This document shows positions 28,709-38,556 of a stretch of 64,000 nt of DNA, in pieces. Position numbers and translations under genes: made by a program. Under the pieces are notes generated by a model that was not told the DNA's origin, searched no databases, and saw only the letters and a list, made by a program, of their open reading frames with translations. The stretch comes from Candidatus Omnitrophota bacterium (GTDB lineage Bacteria > Omnitrophota > Gorgyraeia > Zapsychrales > Fredricksoniimonadaceae): positions 5,952 through 69,951 of the forward strand of contig JABDGZ010000002.1 in the NCBI GenBank assembly GCA_013285735.1. The letters run 5' to 3'. The stretch's first letter is position 1; each line of letters starts with the position of its first letter.

Positions 28709-29922
28709 TTTTCCCTCGGATCTGACACCCGTCCCATAAATAAAATATGCCCTGTTTTATTGTCCTGAATCACAAATATAAAAGGATGATCGACACGGAA
28801 TATTTTAGGCTTCTTGATAGGCATAGCCACTGCGCCCATAGTCATAACAACCGCAGTTGCAGCAGCGGCTTCAGTCCCTTCTTCAGAAGTATCAATCCAT
28901 GCCTTATGATAAACTTGACCAATATAAAAAGGTTCATCGGATTTTAAATATGCCATTCCTGAAAAATTTGCATCATTTCTATCAAATGCCAGCTTCATTC
29001 CCATGCCAATGAGCATATTGCTCATCTCATCTTTCCATTCAAATTTAAATTTTGGAAGAAAGACATTTACTTCTTGAGATATCATACTCTTCTGCCACTG
29101 CTGTAGCATATCCATTGTTAAAATCTTTTCTAAACTCTGATTATCTTTTGAACGCGGTAGAATAATAAGCATGGAGAGATCATAACCTTTATAAAAAAGC
29201 TTCAAAACTTGAACCTGATCATTATCAAAATAATAAAATGACTTACCTAAAAGCGACATCATATCCGTCTGTATAGACTGATCAGGGGTAAGCCAAAAAC
29301 TGCCCAATTTTGTATTCTTTTTCTTAAATAATGTCTCCCATTTACCTTTAAAATACACCGCGTCAGTTAAAACTAAACGCGTGCTAGGCGTGATGCTGCC
29401 AGCAGGCAAAAGATTATTGATACGATTATTGGTATTATCAGAAACCCACGTATTAATTGTCCCGCGAGACCCTTCTGGATTAGCAACAAAATCCAAATTG
29501 CGCGCTTCTGCGGAATATGTCCCCTTGACCAAACTTAAATAATCCTCTTTAAATGGATACGCCTTCTGCGCCCAAAGGGCGTTTGCCACGGAAAGTTCAT
29601 AGGCTTTATCAGGGCGATTGATTTGCTGGATGAAAGTTGAAGTTTCTGTCCGTCTTGAAACATCATCAGTATTATAATGCAGGACAGTACGCATCTCTTG
29701 GGCAGTTTGTCCACGCGCACCTTCATAGGTCATGCCTAGCGCGCTGGAAAGACTGTACGGTGAAAAAAAGATATTGCCTTTATTGGCAGCAAGACGGGAA
29801 TAAAGGTCAAAAGCAAATTGATTGTCTGATTGGGATAAATTCGAAGCTGATTGGGCGAATCCTAAAGAATTAACTGAGACAAAAAGAGCTAATGTTAAAC
29901 AAAAAGAAGAAAATATTTTCAC
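28705..29922 (-). CDS. Secreted serpin (serine protease inhibitor)
   Basis: Signal peptide. NIFFSPYSLSSALGMTYEGARGQT. Inhibitory-type hinge SEEGTEAAAATAV. C-terminal FRVDHPFIFVIQDNKTGHILFMGRVSDP. Confidence 0.85.
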   Translation of the reverse strand: MKIFSSFCLTLALFVSVNSLGFAQSASNLSQSDNQFAFDLYSRLAANKGNIFFSPYSLSSALGMTYEGARGQTAQEMRTVLHYNTDDVSRRTETSTFIQQINRPDKAYELSVANALWAQKAYPFKEDYLSLVKGTYSAEARNLDFVANPEGSRGTINTWVSDNTNNRINNLLPAGSITPSTRLVLTDAVYFKGKWETLFKKKNTKLGSFWLTPDQSIQTDMMSLLGKSFYYFDNDQVQVLKLFYKGYDLSMLIILPRSKDNQSLEKILTMDMLQQWQKSMISQEVNVFLPKFKFEWKDEMSNMLIGMGMKLAFDRNDANFSGMAYLKSDEPFYIGQVYHKAWIDTSEEGTEAAAATAVVMTMGAVAMPIKKPKIFRVDHPFIFVIQDNKTGHILFMGRVSDPREK

Positions 29923-29942
29923 CGTTAACCCCCTAATCCTCT

Positions 29943-30680
29943 CTACTTTTTAATTCCCAATCGCAAATAAAAAAGTGGTTTCAAAATACTCCACCAGCTA
30001 AGAATGGGGATCATTTTGGTGTAGCCGCCGAGCTTCTTGGGCGGGTAAATCTTGGTCACAAAGACCTCTTTAAATTTATAACCTAAAGTAATCACCTTCC
30101 ATAAAATGTATGGTTCCAACTCATAGGTATCGAGCCATTCCTGGTTTAAATTGATCCGTGCATCATCGAAAATACTAAGCCGGATAGCACGAAACCCATT
30201 GGTGGTATCGGTAACATGCCGGCCGCTAAAAAGTGTAAAAACCCAGGGATGAAGCCGGGTGGCTAATTTTCGATAAAATGGCATTTGCCCGCCGGAACCA
30301 ACCTGTCCCAAATAACGAGAGCCTTGAATCAAATCATATTGCTCACTGATAATAGGTGCCAGTAGTTGAGGAATCTCCTGGGGATTATCTTTATCATTAC
30401 CTGCCATGATAACAATGATATCATACTTATGCCCCCTGGCATATTCAACACCCGTACGTATGGCCGCACCAACTCCTCGCCGCTGTTGGTGCTTAACACT
30501 CATGACCCCGCGGTCCTTGTAGGAAGCGATCATTTCTGTCGTGCCGTCATCCGAGCCATCATCCACAATCAAATAATCTGCCTTGGAAGGCATCTGGCTT
30601 TTAAGGAACCGTTCGATGACACTGCCTAATTTAATCTTTTCATTGAAAGCTACTGGCACCACTAATACTTTGGGGGTCAT
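29943..30680 (-). CDS. Family 2 glycosyltransferase (Dpm1/GtrB-like)
   Basis: VVPVAFNE ... LIVDDGSDDGT ... GNDKD ... TNGFRA. Confidence 0.8.
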   Translation of the reverse strand: MTPKVLVVPVAFNEKIKLGSVIERFLKSQMPSKADYLIVDDGSDDGTTEMIASYKDRGVMSVKHQQRRGVGAAIRTGVEYARGHKYDIIVIMAGNDKDNPQEIPQLLAPIISEQYDLIQGSRYLGQVGSGGQMPFYRKLATRLHPWVFTLFSGRHVTDTTNGFRAIRLSIFDDARINLNQEWLDTYELEPYILWKVITLGYKFKEVFVTKIYPPKKLGGYTKMIPILSWWSILKPLFYLRLGIKK

Positions 30681-31255
30681 AAAACAACGATCATATTATT
30701 AGTGATTTGGTAAGAAGCGCCACAGGCGCATTTAAATTCATCACTTAACGTACGTCCGCAACGGCAGGCATACCCTGCCCATCGCGCTGGATTTCCAACG
30801 ACAATCGTATAATTAGGAACACTTTTGACAACCACGGCACCTGCCCCGATTACCGCATAGGCACCTATGGTCACACCGCACATCACCGTGGCATTAGCTC
30901 CGATCGTAGCACCTTTTTTTACAAGGGTCTCTTCTAAAACCCAGGGATCTTCCCGGTGACTGCGTGGATTGCGATCATTGATAAAAGCCACCCCGGCACC
31001 GACAAAAACATCATCCTCCAAGGTCACCCCGTCAAAAACCGCCACGCCATTTTTCAAAGTCACATGATTGCCGATGACGGCACCACGCTCTACATAACAC
31101 CCGTCACAAATATTACAATTCTCACCGATGATGGCCCCTTCCAGGATATTAGCATTGGCCCATACACGGGTACCTCTGCCTATTTGTGCCTTAGGATGTA
31201 CCAGTGCTCGTTCGTGCGTAAAAAAACTCAAGATTCCCTGTTCCTTTCTTGGCAA
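30677..31255 (-). CDS. Left-handed beta-helix (hexapeptide) sugar N-acetyltransferase
   Basis: Repeated [LIV]G hexapeptide pattern throughout, plus a Cys-rich C-terminal tail (CRCG...CACG). Confidence 0.75.
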   Translation of the reverse strand: MPRKEQGILSFFTHERALVHPKAQIGRGTRVWANANILEGAIIGENCNICDGCYVERGAVIGNHVTLKNGVAVFDGVTLEDDVFVGAGVAFINDRNPRSHREDPWVLEETLVKKGATIGANATVMCGVTIGAYAVIGAGAVVVKSVPNYTIVVGNPARWAGYACRCGRTLSDEFKCACGASYQITNNMIVVL

Positions 31256-31263
31256 AGGTCTTT

Positions 31264-32277
31264 TTATAGCTTAACTAACTCGCCTCTGCGGTTAATGGAT
31301 TCCCCGATTGCCGCCAGGGTACGTACCACATCTGCTGCCTTGGCAGCATCCGCTAAGAGCGGCTGTTGATTCTTTTCGACGCACTGTAGAAAATACAGTG
31401 CTTGCGCTTTTAAGGGCTCATTAAAACCAATTTTAGGGATAGTGATACTCCCCTCACGAGAAAGCAATTGAAACTCCCCGTAGGTTTCATAATACACGGA
31501 AGTTTTTTCAACATGCTTATCATAAAGTTTGATTGGCCCTTCAGCATCCAAATCATCCCATGCCACCATTTTCTGACTGCCCACGACGGTAATTTGACGC
31601 ACCTTTTTAGGGTCCAACCAGCTGACATGGACATTGACCATGATATTATCCGGATAGTCAAGGGTGGCAAAGCCCAAATCTTCTAAATTACCACCCAGAC
31701 ATTTATGCCCCCGTGCTGAAACTGATACCGGAGCGCTATTAAAAAGAAAATTAAAAATGGAAATGTCATGCGGCGCTAGATCCCAAAGAGCATTAACATC
31801 ATACCGAAAAGGCCCCAGGTTGGTACGCTCAGAATGCGCGTAATGGATCTTGCCCATTTCACCAGAAGCAATATATTCACGTAATTTGACGATGCCTTGA
31901 TTAAATACAAAAATATGCCCGGTCATCAATAGCTTCCCGACAGACTTGGCTATATCACCTAACTGCAGGCACTCATCAGCGTTCATGGCTAAAGGTTTTT
32001 CGCAAAGCACATGTTTACCTGCCTGCAGCGCTTCCTGGGTAATTTTAAAATGAAAATTGGTGGGAACTGCCACCACGACTGCATCGATAGCAGGGTTACT
32101 CAAGATTTCTTTGTAATTCTTGGTGGTTACAATTTCAGGAAAAAGCGCGGAGATAGAGGCCAGGCGCTTTTCATCCAAATCCGCACACATCAATACGCGT
32201 GAATTAGCCAACTGGGAAAAAATACGGATATGATTCGGGCCCCAATGCCCGCAACCAATAACGCCAACTGAGATCAT
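31264..32277 (-). CDS. Gfo/Idh/MocA-family sugar-nucleotide oxidoreductase (WbpB-like)
   Basis: MISVGVIGCGHWGPNH Rossmann start and EKPLA motif. Start set at the ATG 32275-32277, which has GGAGGA upstream, rather than the ORF-track 32304. Confidence 0.8.
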   Translation of the reverse strand: MISVGVIGCGHWGPNHIRIFSQLANSRVLMCADLDEKRLASISALFPEIVTTKNYKEILSNPAIDAVVVAVPTNFHFKITQEALQAGKHVLCEKPLAMNADECLQLGDIAKSVGKLLMTGHIFVFNQGIVKLREYIASGEMGKIHYAHSERTNLGPFRYDVNALWDLAPHDISIFNFLFNSAPVSVSARGHKCLGGNLEDLGFATLDYPDNIMVNVHVSWLDPKKVRQITVVGSQKMVAWDDLDAEGPIKLYDKHVEKTSVYYETYGEFQLLSREGSITIPKIGFNEPLKAQALYFLQCVEKNQQPLLADAAKAADVVRTLAAIGESINRRGELVKL

Positions 32278-32409
32278 TCTGTTACTTCCTCCAAATATAA
32301 ACAAATATAAATTTTAACCCATTATACTGAAACTCAACTAAAACCCAAAGTCTTTCTTTGGGGATTTAATGGTTGCCAATTATGTTGTCTTTGCATTAGA
32401 ATAACACCC

Positions 32410-32817
32410 ATGAAAAATTTAAAAAATATTTTTTTCATAGGCTTGACCTTAGTGTCCGTATTTAATCTATATCAAGCCTATGCTCAGGCCATTGCACAGC
32501 TCCAGGACCATACAAGTATCCCCCTGCATAGCCTGGGATATCAATTCATGGGATTAGAAAATGTTTTCAAACATGTCCATACCGTCGGTTATTTTACAGA
32601 TAAAGACCTTAATAACCCCTTAGCCGTAGCCCAATTTGAACAAGCTCAATATATGCTGGTACCAACTGTTTTGGACCTTAATCATACCCAATACCGCTGG
32701 GTGATATTTGATTGCACCAGTCCACAGGTGGCGATGGAAGCAATACAGCATCTAGGATTAACTCCCATGAAAGCAAATCACGGCATTATTTTGGCCTTTA
32801 ATCCTAATGGAAGTTAG
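32410..32817 (+). CDS. Hypothetical secreted protein
   Basis: Signal peptide (IGLTLVSVFNLYQAYA); no recognisable motif. Confidence 0.4.
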   Translation: MKNLKNIFFIGLTLVSVFNLYQAYAQAIAQLQDHTSIPLHSLGYQFMGLENVFKHVHTVGYFTDKDLNNPLAVAQFEQAQYMLVPTVLDLNHTQYRWVIFDCTSPQVAMEAIQHLGLTPMKANHGIILAFNPNGS

Positions 32818-32823
32818 TCAAAA

Positions 32824-34116
32824 ATGATCTATTTTTTAGGTATCCTTATTAGTTTTGCGGCAGGCTTCCTTTTAATACGCCTGTTAACAGATGGCCGCCT
32901 TAATTTTATCCTGCATATTTTATTAGCCTTGGCACTGGGCTTAGGGATAAATGGTACTGCAGCTTTTTATACGCATATCCTTTTAAATCAACCCAATCGA
33001 TTTATTCCTATCGGACTCGTATTGTTTCTTATAACCTACCTGTTTTTTTTAAATAATAAAAATATATCCTTCCCTAAGTTTTCATTTACGCAAGCCCATG
33101 GATGGGGATTGCTGACCTTAGGTGTTTTGACTATTCCATTAGCTGTCAGTGGTCTTCATTACCCTCTGGGTGGATGGGATGCGTGGTCCTGCTGGAGCCT
33201 GAAGGCAAAATTTATTTTTTTAGGACAGGAAAACTGGAAGGATATGCTTGATCCCGGTCTTTGGCGCAGTAACACGCATTATCCGCTTCTTTGGCCTCTG
33301 ATCAATGTATGGTTTTGGGATTTAGGTGGTCATTTTGACCAAACAGTACCCATGCTTAACAGTATTATTTTTGCCTTGTTAACCGCCGGGATATTACTTT
33401 TCGGACTTTTGGAATTGACTGGCATGCTGCTGCCTTCCCTATTCGCCGCTGTCATTGTGATAGCCTTACCTTTTGGTGTAACCTTATACACCAGCCAATA
33501 TAGCGATAGCCTGTTGGGCCTTTATCTACTATCAGCCTTCATCTGTTTGCTCTTGGCAGAAAAAAATAAGCTGCCTAAACTCAAAATATTAAGCATGGTA
33601 TTTTTAGGACTGATGAGCTTTACTAAAAATGAAGGATTGATTGTTTCTGGCATTGCGGTGTTACTTATTCTTTGGCACGAACGCTCTCACAAAAAAGAAT
33701 TAAAAAATCTTGTTCTAGCTTTTGCAATCGCTCTTTTGCCTACCATTATCTTTACACTTTTCATGGCCCCTAAAAATGAAGCTTTTATCAATGGATTAAC
33801 ATCGACGGACAAGCCCACCGATTGGTCACGTTTAATGATCATTTTAGTTTATCCTTGGTTTGAATTTATCTCTGGTAAATGGAACTGTTTTTGGCTGCTG
33901 GTCGCTGGTGGAATTTTACTGTCGGGAAAGAAATTATGGCAGTCCACCCTTGGAGTGATTGGCTTTAGTCTAATCCTATATCTGGGAGTGGTGATGGCTT
34001 ATTACGATGTTAATACTTTTTTTGAAATCAGCTGGTGGCTGTCAACAACCCTCTCGCGTATTCTCTTCGCACTAGTACCGACCATCGCCTTATGGATCGG
34101 CGTTGCTTTATTGTAA
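32824..34116 (+). CDS. Polytopic membrane protein (possible GT-C type glycosyltransferase)
   Basis: About 12 TM segments. Lies next to divergently transcribed sugar-modification genes. No diagnostic motif recognised. Confidence 0.35.
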   Translation: MIYFLGILISFAAGFLLIRLLTDGRLNFILHILLALALGLGINGTAAFYTHILLNQPNRFIPIGLVLFLITYLFFLNNKNISFPKFSFTQAHGWGLLTLGVLTIPLAVSGLHYPLGGWDAWSCWSLKAKFIFLGQENWKDMLDPGLWRSNTHYPLLWPLINVWFWDLGGHFDQTVPMLNSIIFALLTAGILLFGLLELTGMLLPSLFAAVIVIALPFGVTLYTSQYSDSLLGLYLLSAFICLLLAEKNKLPKLKILSMVFLGLMSFTKNEGLIVSGIAVLLILWHERSHKKELKNLVLAFAIALLPTIIFTLFMAPKNEAFINGLTSTDKPTDWSRLMIILVYPWFEFISGKWNCFWLLVAGGILLSGKKLWQSTLGVIGFSLILYLGVVMAYYDVNTFFEISWWLSTTLSRILFALVPTIALWIGVALL

Positions 34117-37089
34117 TCTTTGCCGCAACTCAATTAAAATGGGAAGATTTACAACGGACTCGATTTCAGTAATTTCAGGGATAAAACCCTGGATACGGCT
34201 TAGTTGGGCCATGTCTTGCTGAGATAAGGGCAACGGTACACCACGCCCGTTGCGTTTGATTTGTAAATTCAAATTTGCGGAATTAAAATCAATACCACCA
34301 TTCAAAGCTTGGTCTGAAGGTGGTTTGAGATTCGTTCGCATTGGTAATTTCGGTGGTTGGCCAGCATGCGGCTTGATATTTTGAGTTAAATAATATACGA
34401 TCCATGCCGCGACAACTACCAATACCAATGCTATCACTTTGGGCAGCCTATCCTCACGGTAGTCTACGCTCCCATCTTTATCTGTCATTATCGCTGTTGC
34501 TATCGTTGCAGCAGCTATTGCGTTTGGGGAACCTATATCTTTAAATCTTCTAAGCCACATCCTTGCCAAGTTAATTGCTTTAAGATTATCCTCACCCTTA
34601 CTTATCATTGTCACAGCTGCTTCTGTTGCAGCAGTCGCTTCTGTGTTGTCCAATTCACTAAATTCCAAAGACAGGTCTTTTACCGTTCTGATTGCTTTAC
34701 TTTCATTAATCTTTGTACCATCACTCGCCACTGTATCTATCAACATCGCTGCCATCATCACTTCAAAAGTAGTAAGCTGCTTCTATTCTGAAAACCAAAT
34801 TACCATTTCTTTTGCTTTACTCTCAACCATCCCTTTACTTATCATTATCGCCATGATGATAGCTCCAACTTGACCAGCTTTTACAATTAATCTTTTTGCC
34901 AATAAAATTGCATCCTTCTCCTCCATACCACCACTGATCAGTCTCCCTGCCGTTATTGTTGCAAAAGGCGTCTCTTCTCTCCTCCAATGATAAAACTCCG
35001 ATATTAATCGTTCTGCCATGATTCCAGCTTTAAGCTGTCCCCTTCTTTTATTCACTAATCTAGCAGCTGTTGTCGTCCCCAAAAATATTATGTCTGAATT
35101 ATCTTTTCCAATCTTTCTAAACGTGTCAACTAAGTATTCTGCCGTGGATATTGCTTTATTACTATTCATCGCAGCGTCATAACTAACTTGTGCTTTATCT
35201 GTCAGTATCGCTGCTGCCATTGTAGCGGCTGCTGTTGCATTGGGAGAACCTAAACGACTAAACCTTTTAAGCCAGCCCCTTGCCATCCCAATAGCTTCCC
35301 TTGGGTCTATCCCCTTAGCTATCATTCTCGCTGTTGCTTCTGTCCCGGCAATTGCTTCTAGCTTACCCAAATCACTAAATTCTGACGTCAGGTCTCTTGA
35401 CGTTCTAATGGCTATGGCCTCACTTATCTTGGCACCTATCATAATAGATGCTGTCATCAGTTCTTGAGTGGAAAGCTGCTTTTGTTCCCATAACCAAGCT
35501 GTCATTTCTTTTGCTTCATTTTCTTTCATCCCTTGACTTATCATTGTCGCCATTAATATGGCACCTATATCACCATATTCTGAAATTAAATTCTTTGTCA
35601 TTGGGATTGCGTTCTTTTCCTCTATCCCTCCTCTTATCAATCTCCCTGCTGTTATCGTTGCAACTGGCGTATCTTTTTTGCTCCATCTGAAAAATTCCCG
35701 AAACAGTCGTTCTGTCAAATCAACAGCTTCAACTTGCCCTCTTTTTTCATTGATCAATCCCGCCGCTGTGTTTGTTCCCAAAAATAATATTTCAAGGTCA
35801 TTATATTTTCTGAACATTGCGACCAAATTCTCTGCTGTAGAATTTGCCACAATACTATTCATCGCCGCGTCAGCTTCTTTGTCTGTTTCAAGCGAAACAG
35901 CTGCCCTATCTATATCTCCTACCAAAGCAGAACGGTCAATGCTATGGGATATAGTAAGAGACATATCCTTATTATTTACGATTTCTAATATTCCTCTACC
36001 ATAACCATGCATTCCATTGTCAATACCGCTATATTTAACTGCCCCACCGGAAAAATATTTTCTTGGAATTGCTTCCTTGGTATATTTGTCCACATCTTCT
36101 TTGATGTAGTTAAACACCCCTTTCTTAAAAGCCTTAAGATATTGTTGGTAGATTTGATGTTGAGATTGCTTCGCTTCGCTCGCAATGACACCAGGATCAT
36201 TACTTGTAAAACCAGTAACTCCCTGCACCTTGGCTTGGTTGGCATAAACCTTTCCTAATAATGATTCCTTAAGAGCGTGTTTATACCACGTGGCTAAAAT
36301 CATGCCGCTATAAATCTGGCGTAGGTTAGCAAAATTCTTACCTTCATTGACTTCGCGCTCGAGTTCGGGAAGGACGATTTCACGGATGACTTGGGAGCCT
36401 ATGGAATGGATGTTATTAGTAGTTCCAGAATGTTTTTGTAAAGAAAGATAGTCTTCTTCCAGCATCACTTTAAGATGATTGCGCAAGACATATACCGTAT
36501 TACCGCTTTCATAAACTGCAGCTTCGTCAGGGATGATCCAGACTTTATTAAATGTGTTGACGGGAATATTGGTGACGCCATATTCTTTAAATGCTCGCTC
36601 ATAGACTCTATTCCAGAATTTTTTGCCTAAATTATCTTCGGGATAAATCAAACTCGAGGTGATTTGCTTTAAGATGTAGTCCTGTGCGAGAAGGTCTCGA
36701 CCCATTTCAGTCTTGCCAAAATCATCCTTAATAATACGGTTCTTTTCATACGGAGAGAGATTGACCCACTGGTCATTATCAGGAACAGTCAAAGAGGCTA
36801 AAAAATATTTTACTAATTTAGTATATTGCTCTTGTTTCTGAATTTCATTTAACGGCTCATCCCCGCGATGAATGAGAAAATCAAATTGTAGGGCATTGTC
36901 AGGATGGATGACCATTCCTACCAAATGTGCAGGTGTATATGTTGAACTTAAATGCACCAATATTCCGGGAGCAGGTAAGTGAAATTCACCTTCAACGCTA
37001 TACATTGGTTCTGCCTTGGCAGTTGGATTAGGGCCAATGGTGTTGACAAAAAATGCCAATAGGATAATAAAAGACACACAGCTACGCAT
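34108..37089 (-). pseudogene. Head-cargo-tail paralog B, interrupted by one in-frame TAG at 34783-34785 (ORFs 34783-37089 and 34108-34761 are in the same frame)
   Basis: 37089 and 34761 are both multiples of 3, so the two ORFs share a frame. Reading through gives ...KEMVIWFSE*KQLTTFEVMMAAML..., which continues the internal ~230-aa repeat; compare repeat 1 ...KEMTAWLWEQKQLSTQELMTASIM... Signal peptide, head domain, 2 repeats, a TM (VIALVLVVVAAWIVYYL), and a GGIDFN tail. Confidence 0.8.
36162..36189. repeat. Hairpin repeat family 2, in frame in the paralog B head domain
   Basis: gagattgcttcgcttcgctcgcaatgac; encodes VIASEAKQSQ. It is absent at the aligned position of paralogs A and C. Confidence 0.85.
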
Positions 37090-37096
37090 AGTGAAA

Positions 37097-37117
37097 GTAT
37101 GCCATATTATTTATAGA
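37097..37117 (-). promoter_or_regulatory. Conserved upstream motif shared with the giant paralog (minus strand AATAATATGGCATAC)
   Basis: + strand gtatgccatattatt here versus gtgtgccatattata at 57526-57544. I saw 'gccatattat' only at these two positions, each just upstream of a paralog start. Confidence 0.3.
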
Positions 37118-37140
37118 TAAACAAGGAAGGGGGTATTGCG

Positions 37141-37617
37141 CTACGGCCGTTTGATCTTTTTGATCTTATACTTCAAAATCCCGGCAGGGACCTTGATCTC
37201 CAAGGTCTCACCTGCTTTATGACCTAATAATCCCTTACCGATGGGCGAAAAAATGGAGATTTTGTTTTCTTCATAACTGGCTTCTTCCGGCGAGACTAAC
37301 ATATACGTCAACTCTTCATCATTGTCCAAGTCCTGCATGGTGACAATGGCACCGATGAAAATCTTGTCCGAGGGGATATTTTCATTCTCGATAATACGCA
37401 CATTAGCCAGCTTCCCCTCTAGCTCGGAAATACGCGACTCATTATGCGCCTGCGCCTCTTTGGCCGCGTCATATTCCGCATTCTCAGATATATCCCCCTG
37501 GGCACGGGCCTCACCGATGGCCTTGGCAATTTTCTGGCGCTCGGTTGTCTTGAGGCTTTCTAACTGATCCTGCAGTTTGTGAAAACCCGCCCTGGTCAAA
37601 TAAACTTCATTACCCAT
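37141..37617 (-). CDS. greA: Transcription elongation factor GreA
   Basis: LTRAGFHKLQDQLESLK...EARAQGDISENAEYDAAKEAQ; C-terminal FKBP-like domain. Ends in TAG. Confidence 0.9.
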   Translation of the reverse strand: MGNEVYLTRAGFHKLQDQLESLKTTERQKIAKAIGEARAQGDISENAEYDAAKEAQAHNESRISELEGKLANVRIIENENIPSDKIFIGAIVTMQDLDNDEELTYMLVSPEEASYEENKISIFSPIGKGLLGHKAGETLEIKVPAGILKYKIKKIKRP

Positions 37618-37618
37618 A

Positions 37619-37849
37619 TTACATCGCCTCGATGGCCTTGATCATGATCGGAACGACCCCTTGTGATTCTTCTTTGCTCATGCGGCCTAATTTGGTAAAA
37701 CTCCATGTGCCGTCGATCTGATTCTCACGGGTAACCTGCAATTTCTTGGGGGCCCCATTATAAGAATAAACTCCGACGCTGATACGGGTGTTCTGGAAAT
37801 CAATAACCTCTTTAAATGAAGATACATCTAACGTTGCATCGTAAGGCAT
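37619..37849 (-). CDS. Small conserved protein, possibly PC4/YdbC-like ssDNA-binding fold
   Basis: 76 aa; ISVGVYSYNGAPKKLQVTRE...FTKLGRMSKEE resembles YdbC-type proteins. Weak call. Confidence 0.3.
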   Translation of the reverse strand: MPYDATLDVSSFKEVIDFQNTRISVGVYSYNGAPKKLQVTRENQIDGTWSFTKLGRMSKEESQGVVPIMIKAIEAM

Positions 37850-37876
37850 TTGTTTGTCCTTTCTTTAGGTTAAAAT

Positions 37877-38173
37877 TTACGACAATCCCGGCATATTAAA
37901 CCCAGGCATATTTTTCATTTTATTGGCCGCCGCCTGCTGAGAACGTTTGATGGCGGTATTAATATTCTTTAGAAGATCCATCTGAACACGGTTCTTATTA
38001 CCAGCATTCAAAAGGCCTTCTTCGATATCAATGGATTGAAATATCTGCGCCCCATTAACTACCAACTTGATGCCACGAGTTTCTGAAACCTCGATGATGG
38101 TGGACTCTAATTCTTTCTTGAGTATATCCGCCTGCTTTTTCATTTCCATCAGCTTTTTGACTTGATCTAACAT
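37877..38173 (-). CDS. YbaB/EbfC-family nucleoid-associated protein
   Basis: ~100 aa; QVKKLMEMKKQADILKKELESTIIEVSETRGIKLVVNGAQ pattern. Confidence 0.75.
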   Translation of the reverse strand: MLDQVKKLMEMKKQADILKKELESTIIEVSETRGIKLVVNGAQIFQSIDIEEGLLNAGNKNRVQMDLLKNINTAIKRSQQAAANKMKNMPGFNMPGLS

Positions 38174-38250
38174 GCGCGCTCCTAAGTATTAAATAATATA
38201 TAGTTTATAGAAAGTATTTTATACCTCAACTTTAGACTTTTGGCAAGTGC

Positions 38251-38544
38251 TTAGTGTAACCTCATGGATAAATCATATAAACTGCTTACCAGGAACTTTT
38301 GCAAAAATATAATAATAAAAAACACAATAATAGGTGAAATATCAATGGGCAGGGGCGGCAGCAGACGGCGAACCGGCTCAAGTACCGGTTCAGTGACCTT
38401 CATGAGAAATTGCACGATCGGATTAAACGGATCAGGATTAACCCAGCTTATCAGGGCACGAATCAAAATCAACCAGTACATGAGGGTCAAAAGAATGCCG
38501 ACCACTGAAGCCAACGCATCTACAAAATTACCTAAAATAAACAT
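38251..38544 (-). CDS. YggT-family membrane protein
   Basis: LILIRALISWVNPDPFNPIVQFLMKVTEPVLEPVRRLLP. Confidence 0.75.
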   Translation of the reverse strand: MFILGNFVDALASVVGILLTLMYWLILIRALISWVNPDPFNPIVQFLMKVTEPVLEPVRRLLPPLPIDISPIIVFFIIIFLQKFLVSSLYDLSMRLH

Positions 38545-38556
38545 GCAATACTCCTC

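Noticed and set aside
34783-34785. The in-frame TAG of paralog B could be a recoded sense codon (Gln, pyrrolysine or another alternative code).
   Set aside because: TAG is used as an ordinary stop for clearly complete genes in the same window: ogt at 8695-8697, greA at 37141-37143, and the DUF819-like gene at 44796-44798. No Pyl machinery is visible. A nonsense mutation or sequencing error is the simpler explanation.
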